Shown: positions 58,993-64,000 of the stretch, piece by piece | Layout of the letters: each line of letters starts with the position of its first letter | Position numbering within the stretch: the stretch's first letter is position 1 | Assembly: GCA_023213395.1 (NCBI GenBank) | Contig: CM041465.1 | Span: 171,437,741-171,501,740 of the forward strand | DNA: 64,000 nucleotides | Reading direction: 5' to 3' | Source of the DNA: Cycas panzhihuaensis | Taxonomy: Eukaryota; Plantae; Cycadophyta | Notes under the pieces: model-generated | Database searches by the model: none | What the model saw: only the letters and a program-made list of their open reading frames with translations | What the model was told of the DNA's origin: nothing | Translations under genes and position numbers: made by a program

Positions 58993-61900
58993 TGAAGGAA
59001 AGATGGATCTAGGGAATAAATCACTCACATGCATACAATGGCAATGGAGAATGAAAAGGGGATGAAACAAGATATGAGAGTAAGCTTGGAGATGAGAATG
59101 AATAATGACTCGCTCCTTGAGATTTCATCTTTTATTATTGAGGGTGAGCATTAGGGTTAGGATTTTCCTACCTAATGACATGAATATGAAATTACATCTA
59201 AATGCACATAAAGTGCATTTCATTAAGAGACAAATGCTAATAATATATTCTAAGGTTACATAATTAATCTACATAAATGACCTTAATACATTAACCTCTT
59301 TTAACTCCTCCCTTAATAGTGGAAGTTCATTTTAAGAAAATCTATTCTATGAGGTCTTCATTTGAGCCTCATTATTACATTGATATTCTAATTGACACTT
59401 TTATGGGAAAACCCTCATGGGGAATAAAAACCCATGACTTTTCTAAGATCTATAGCCCTTTTTATAAATCAAAATGGCTAAGGTGGCTCTTTGATATAGC
59501 CTGATATCTAAGCATCTTAAATATGTAGCTTAATCTAGTAAGTCTTCATATACCATTTAGTCATTCCCTATGCCCTTTTGGGTTTTCATAGGTTTTGATT
59601 TTCTAAAACTAGTACAACCCTTATCCTTCCATGCCCACATGGGGTTTTCATAAATAGGATAGAGTAGAGACTTACTTTTATTCTTCCATGCCTACAAGGG
59701 ATTTTCACGAAAAGAATAGAGTATGATGATCCTATTGCCATATTCTTTGATCAGTCGAAGATGGAGGCCCTAAGGCTGAACTGCCTTCAAAATTATTCAA
59801 ACTTCAGCTTTTTCACATGTTTGGTAAAGATATCAGCCACTTGATCTATTGTGGGATAGTATTCCAATTGAATTTTGCCATCATGAACAAGTTCTCTAAT
59901 CCTATGGACTTTTGTACTTATATGTTTAGTACGATCGTGAAATACAAGATTTTTTACCATGCATATTGCTGATTGATTATCCACATAAAGACTTATAGGA
60001 CTTATTTGGGTGATATTCAATGTTCCCAATAATTTTCTAAGCCATACCACCTCCTTACTAGTCTCAAAAGCAACAATGTATTTAGCTTCAATAGTTGAAT
60101 CTACAACTATCTTCTATCGTCTGGATCTCCATGATATTGGTGCTATTCCAAGAAACATTACATACCCAAACATAGATCTTCCTATATCTTTATCTCCTAC
60201 AAAGTCTAAGTCCATGTATGCAGAAAGCTTGAAGTCTAAATTAGGTTCATGCAATAGACCATATTTACTGGTCATCTTAAGGTATCTCAACACTCGCACT
60301 GTTGCCTTGCAATGATTCTGCTTAGGATTTATCATGTAACGAGCAAGAATGCTAACAGAGTTTGCAATATCTGGCCTTGTATTGGTAGTGTAGATGAGAC
60401 TACCTACAAGTTTTCTATAGAGTATTTCATCTGACTCCTTAGTGTCACCGTTAGTTAAGAGTTTGGTACTAGAGTACATAGGTAAAACCACTAGTCGAGT
60501 ATCTTCTAAATAAAAATTGGTTACAAGATCGTTGATGTACTTTTCTTGGGAGAGAAATTTTTTTTCATTCTTTTGTATTACTTCAATTCATAAGTAATAT
60601 TTTGTCAAGACGAGGTCAGATAATTCAAACGTTTTGCCAAGGTCCTTTTTCAACTGGCTTATTGCCTATTCACTATTACTCATTACTAGAATGTCATCCA
60701 TAAAGATTATGGGATAAGTGACTTTATCCTTATGGCGCTTGATGAATAATGTTGCATCAATATCTTAGTAGTCACAAACCTCGTATCCAAGTTACCTATT
60801 TCTTTTAGACAACTTGGAAAACCAAGAATGAGGGGCTTGATTAAAGCCGTACAAGGATTTTGAGCCTACAAACCTTATGCTCTTGACCCTCGATCTCATG
60901 TCCTTCTGAATGAGCCATGTAAATTTCTTCTTCAAGATCTCCATTAAGAAATGTGGTCTTAATATCGAGTTAGTGGATTTTCCAACCTTGTTGAGTAGGC
61001 AAGGCCATAAGAGTTCTAATTGTAGGCCACTTGGTTATAGGTGCAAAGACTTTAGTGTAGTAGATGCCTTCCCTTTGTGTAAATCTTTTACCTACCAACC
61101 TTGCCTTGTGTTTTTCAAGGGTTCCATATGATCTATATTTGTTTTTTAACACCCATTTATTTTGAACTACTTTTCTACTAAGTGGTAGATCAATGAGGTC
61201 CCATATACCGTTGTTGATAAGAGATTGGTACTCTTCGTTCATGGCATTTCTCCAAGCTGTATGCTTTACAGCTTCTTGGTATGTTAGGGGCTCTTTATTA
61301 AGAGTTAGTTACAGTTCTATCAGTTCAAGATTCGTATATAATGATTCCTATAACCTTGCTCTATGGGCATTTAAGTGCCAGTTTTGCCCACCTCATCTGG
61401 TCGTATGTCCTTATTGAGCTAGTGGGCTTCTTGAGATCCTTGAGTTGGGAATGAGGTCCTTATATCCTCAACTTCTTGGTTCTCATCTTGTTCATTAAAA
61501 TGATCATTTTGTGAGGAGGATGTTGATGCACTTGAGGAAGATGGTCCTTCTACCACTGTTTTGCCTTTATCAACTGAAGGTGGAGAGGATGGTTCTTCTA
61601 TAATGGCTTTGCCTTTGTCAACTTTGTTATCTTCAAAAGATGGTGCTGGATGTGTACTCATTGGTACAGAGTTATAACTTGTATCCTATGAGGCTCTATT
61701 ATCAGCTTCCAATATTTGGAGTAAATTATGTCTGTCCCCCCCCACCAAATTTTAGAATCTGAACATCATACTTGATAACATGATTATAATGGTGTGAGGG
61801 TACTTTAGAGTCTAGTTTAAGTAACTGATCCTTTGGCATCGCAAAAATGACATCTCTGGTAACGATGATTTTTTATTGTGAAGGTATAAAGACCTTATAC

Positions 61901-64000
61901 CCTTTCTTATCCATAGGGCATCCAAACAAAGATACCTTTAAGTGCCCTTGGCTGGAGTTTATTTCGATCTACATCCAAAGTGTAGGCATAGCATGTAGAG
62001 CCAAAAAAATTGAAGTACTGAATAATGGGGGCTTATTCTGACCACTTTTCATTAGGTGTTTATCCTTCCTTTGATGGACTAATAACATTGATACAATAAA
62101 CAACTGTCTAGATTGCTTCAATCCATAGGTAGGCAGGTACATTTTTATATACCAACATAGCCCAAGCCATGTTCATGATTGCCCTATTCATGTACTTGGC
62201 AACTCCATTTTGTTATGGGGTACTTAGTATTATGGTTTGATGCTTGATGCCATTGTCTCGAAGATAGCTTTCAAACTCATGTGAGGTATATTCACCACCA
62301 TTATCAGTTCGAAGACATTTGAGTTGATAACCTGACTCTTTTTAAGTACATGCTTTGAATTCTTTGAATACACAAAAGGCTTCATCTTTCTTATGTAGAA
62401 AAGCTACCCATACTTTTCTAGTGAAATTATCAATGAAAGAGATGTAATATAATTTACTCTTCAGTGAAGGAATGACCATTGGTTTGCATAAATCAGAGTG
62501 TACCAATTGTAATGGATGGCTCGATTTGAACTAACTTTTGGGAAATGGTTGTCGATGAGATTTAGTAATGATACAAGCTTCATATTTAAACATGAGCATG
62601 TAGCTTCAGTGGGCATAGCTTGTAGCTTTATATCTAAGTCTATCAATGTGAATATGGCCCGTGTGAGCATGCCAAAGAGCTTCTGGTAACAATGTTGGGT
62701 GGGTCAAGATGGAATTAAATGTAAATTCTTCATCGGCACAGGAGCTTTAGGCACAATGGGCTTTAGAAGATGGAGATTCATTTAGTCGAAAGAGTTTGCG
62801 AAAGAGATATCTAGTCAAGATAACTTGATTAGTTAGAGGGTGAATGACTTGGAGAGTCTGGTCATTTATGGTTATACTCAGATCAAATCCATGAGAGATA
62901 AGTGTGGATAAGGAGAGTAGGTTTTGTTTGAGATTGGGTATATATAAGACATCAAGCAATGAAAAACTTTTAAGCCTGGGAGTTTTAGGCGAATGTTACA
63001 AATTCCTTCAATAGGTTGTTATGATTTATCAACCATGTGAACAACTCCTTGAAAATTTGAGTCAAATGTTTGATATAGACTGTAATTGCATATCCTATGT
63101 TGAGTTGCTCTTGTATCTATGATCTATTTTCCTTCGATTGAAGCCATACTATTTGCAATTCCAATAGGGCTTGACATTGGTGAAGGGAATTCACAAGTGA
63201 TATATCTACATCGAGCTTCAAAGTATCTCTTTGGTTAGTCAATGGAATTTGATGCTGAAGATCCCTTAATTCTTTAAAAGTATACTTGTGTACAACCTGT
63301 ACCACTAAAGGATTCTTCATAAGTTTCTTCAACATTGTGAGCTTCATGTTTTGGTTGAAACTTAGCCAACTTATAAGTGGCGGTTCTGTAGTCTTTTGCT
63401 AAGTGTCCTTTACAGTTACACTAATCACACATAATAGTTTGATTACCAGTCCCTAAAAAAGTATTGGTTTGGCCTGACTGTCTTACTCTTTGTTGAGGTG
63501 GCCCTTGGCCTTGAGACTGTCGAGGCTATGAATGAGCGTTTAGTTGATCTTGTGGATAATTTCTCATGTTTCTTCCTCTTCCTCTTACTCAATTATTTCC
63601 TCTACCACGAGAGGGACCTTGATGTTTTGTATAACAAACTTTTTCTTTTACCTAAAAGGATGCATCTAGAAAAGGGTCAGAAGCTATAAAGTTCATATTA
63701 AAGGTCTTGTCAAATTTTATAAACTTATCAACAAGTGCTTCGAAGTTGAGTGTCTTCAATGTTTCACTAGATTGAAGACTTCCAAGCAAGTTTTTATAAT
63801 CATGGACATGTAGACATGACTGGATCAAGAATGTCCAAGTGATATATTGGGTCTTAAAATCTTTATTAATTGCCCGTTTGATTAGTCGAAGGAGAATTAT
63901 TGACTCATGAGCTTGTCCCTTCTACATTTTTAATTTGTTCATTTTCATAACAAGATGAATAAATTCTAAATCTGACTTAGCATCAAAATTCTTCTTGAGA
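58993..64000 (-). mobile_element. Second copy of the same copia family, inverted and running off the window (3' LTR 58993-59303, pol ends ~59751)
   Basis: Reverse complement is colinear with ~48478-53493. Minus-strand ORFs YRKLVGSLIY..TRPDIA, KARLVGK.FTQ and DNQSAI..HDRTKHI. PPT at 59305-59314. Confidence 0.95.

Overview
AT-rich plant nuclear DNA. The RLK C-terminal tail and the TE types suggest a gymnosperm, but the taxon is an inference. I see no intact protein-coding gene. The window is a decaying tandem array of LRR-XII-type (EFR/FLS2/Xa21-like) immune receptor-kinase units buried in nested LTR-retrotransposon debris. Unit A (1-~23600) is duplicated about 30.9 kb downstream as unit B (30875-~44100). 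Each unit carries a W-box-rich promoter and a disrupted LRR-RLK: copy 1 lacks most of the kinase, and copy 2 fuses mid-LRR sequence directly to a kinase C-terminus. Several rearrangement junctions show templated-insertion scars. The right third holds a full-length degenerate Ty1/copia element (TG..CA LTRs, PBS, PPT, perfect TAAAT target-site duplication) and an inverted sister copy running off the window end. Between them lies a cytosolic HSP70 C-terminal fragment that the ORF track misses. Two to three LTRs are flanked by both a PPT and a PBS, implying tandem (shared-LTR) retrotransposons. TE sequences show strong transition (C>T/G>A) decay. I found no convincing novel functional system. The interest here is structural and evolutionary. 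All identities were estimated by eye.
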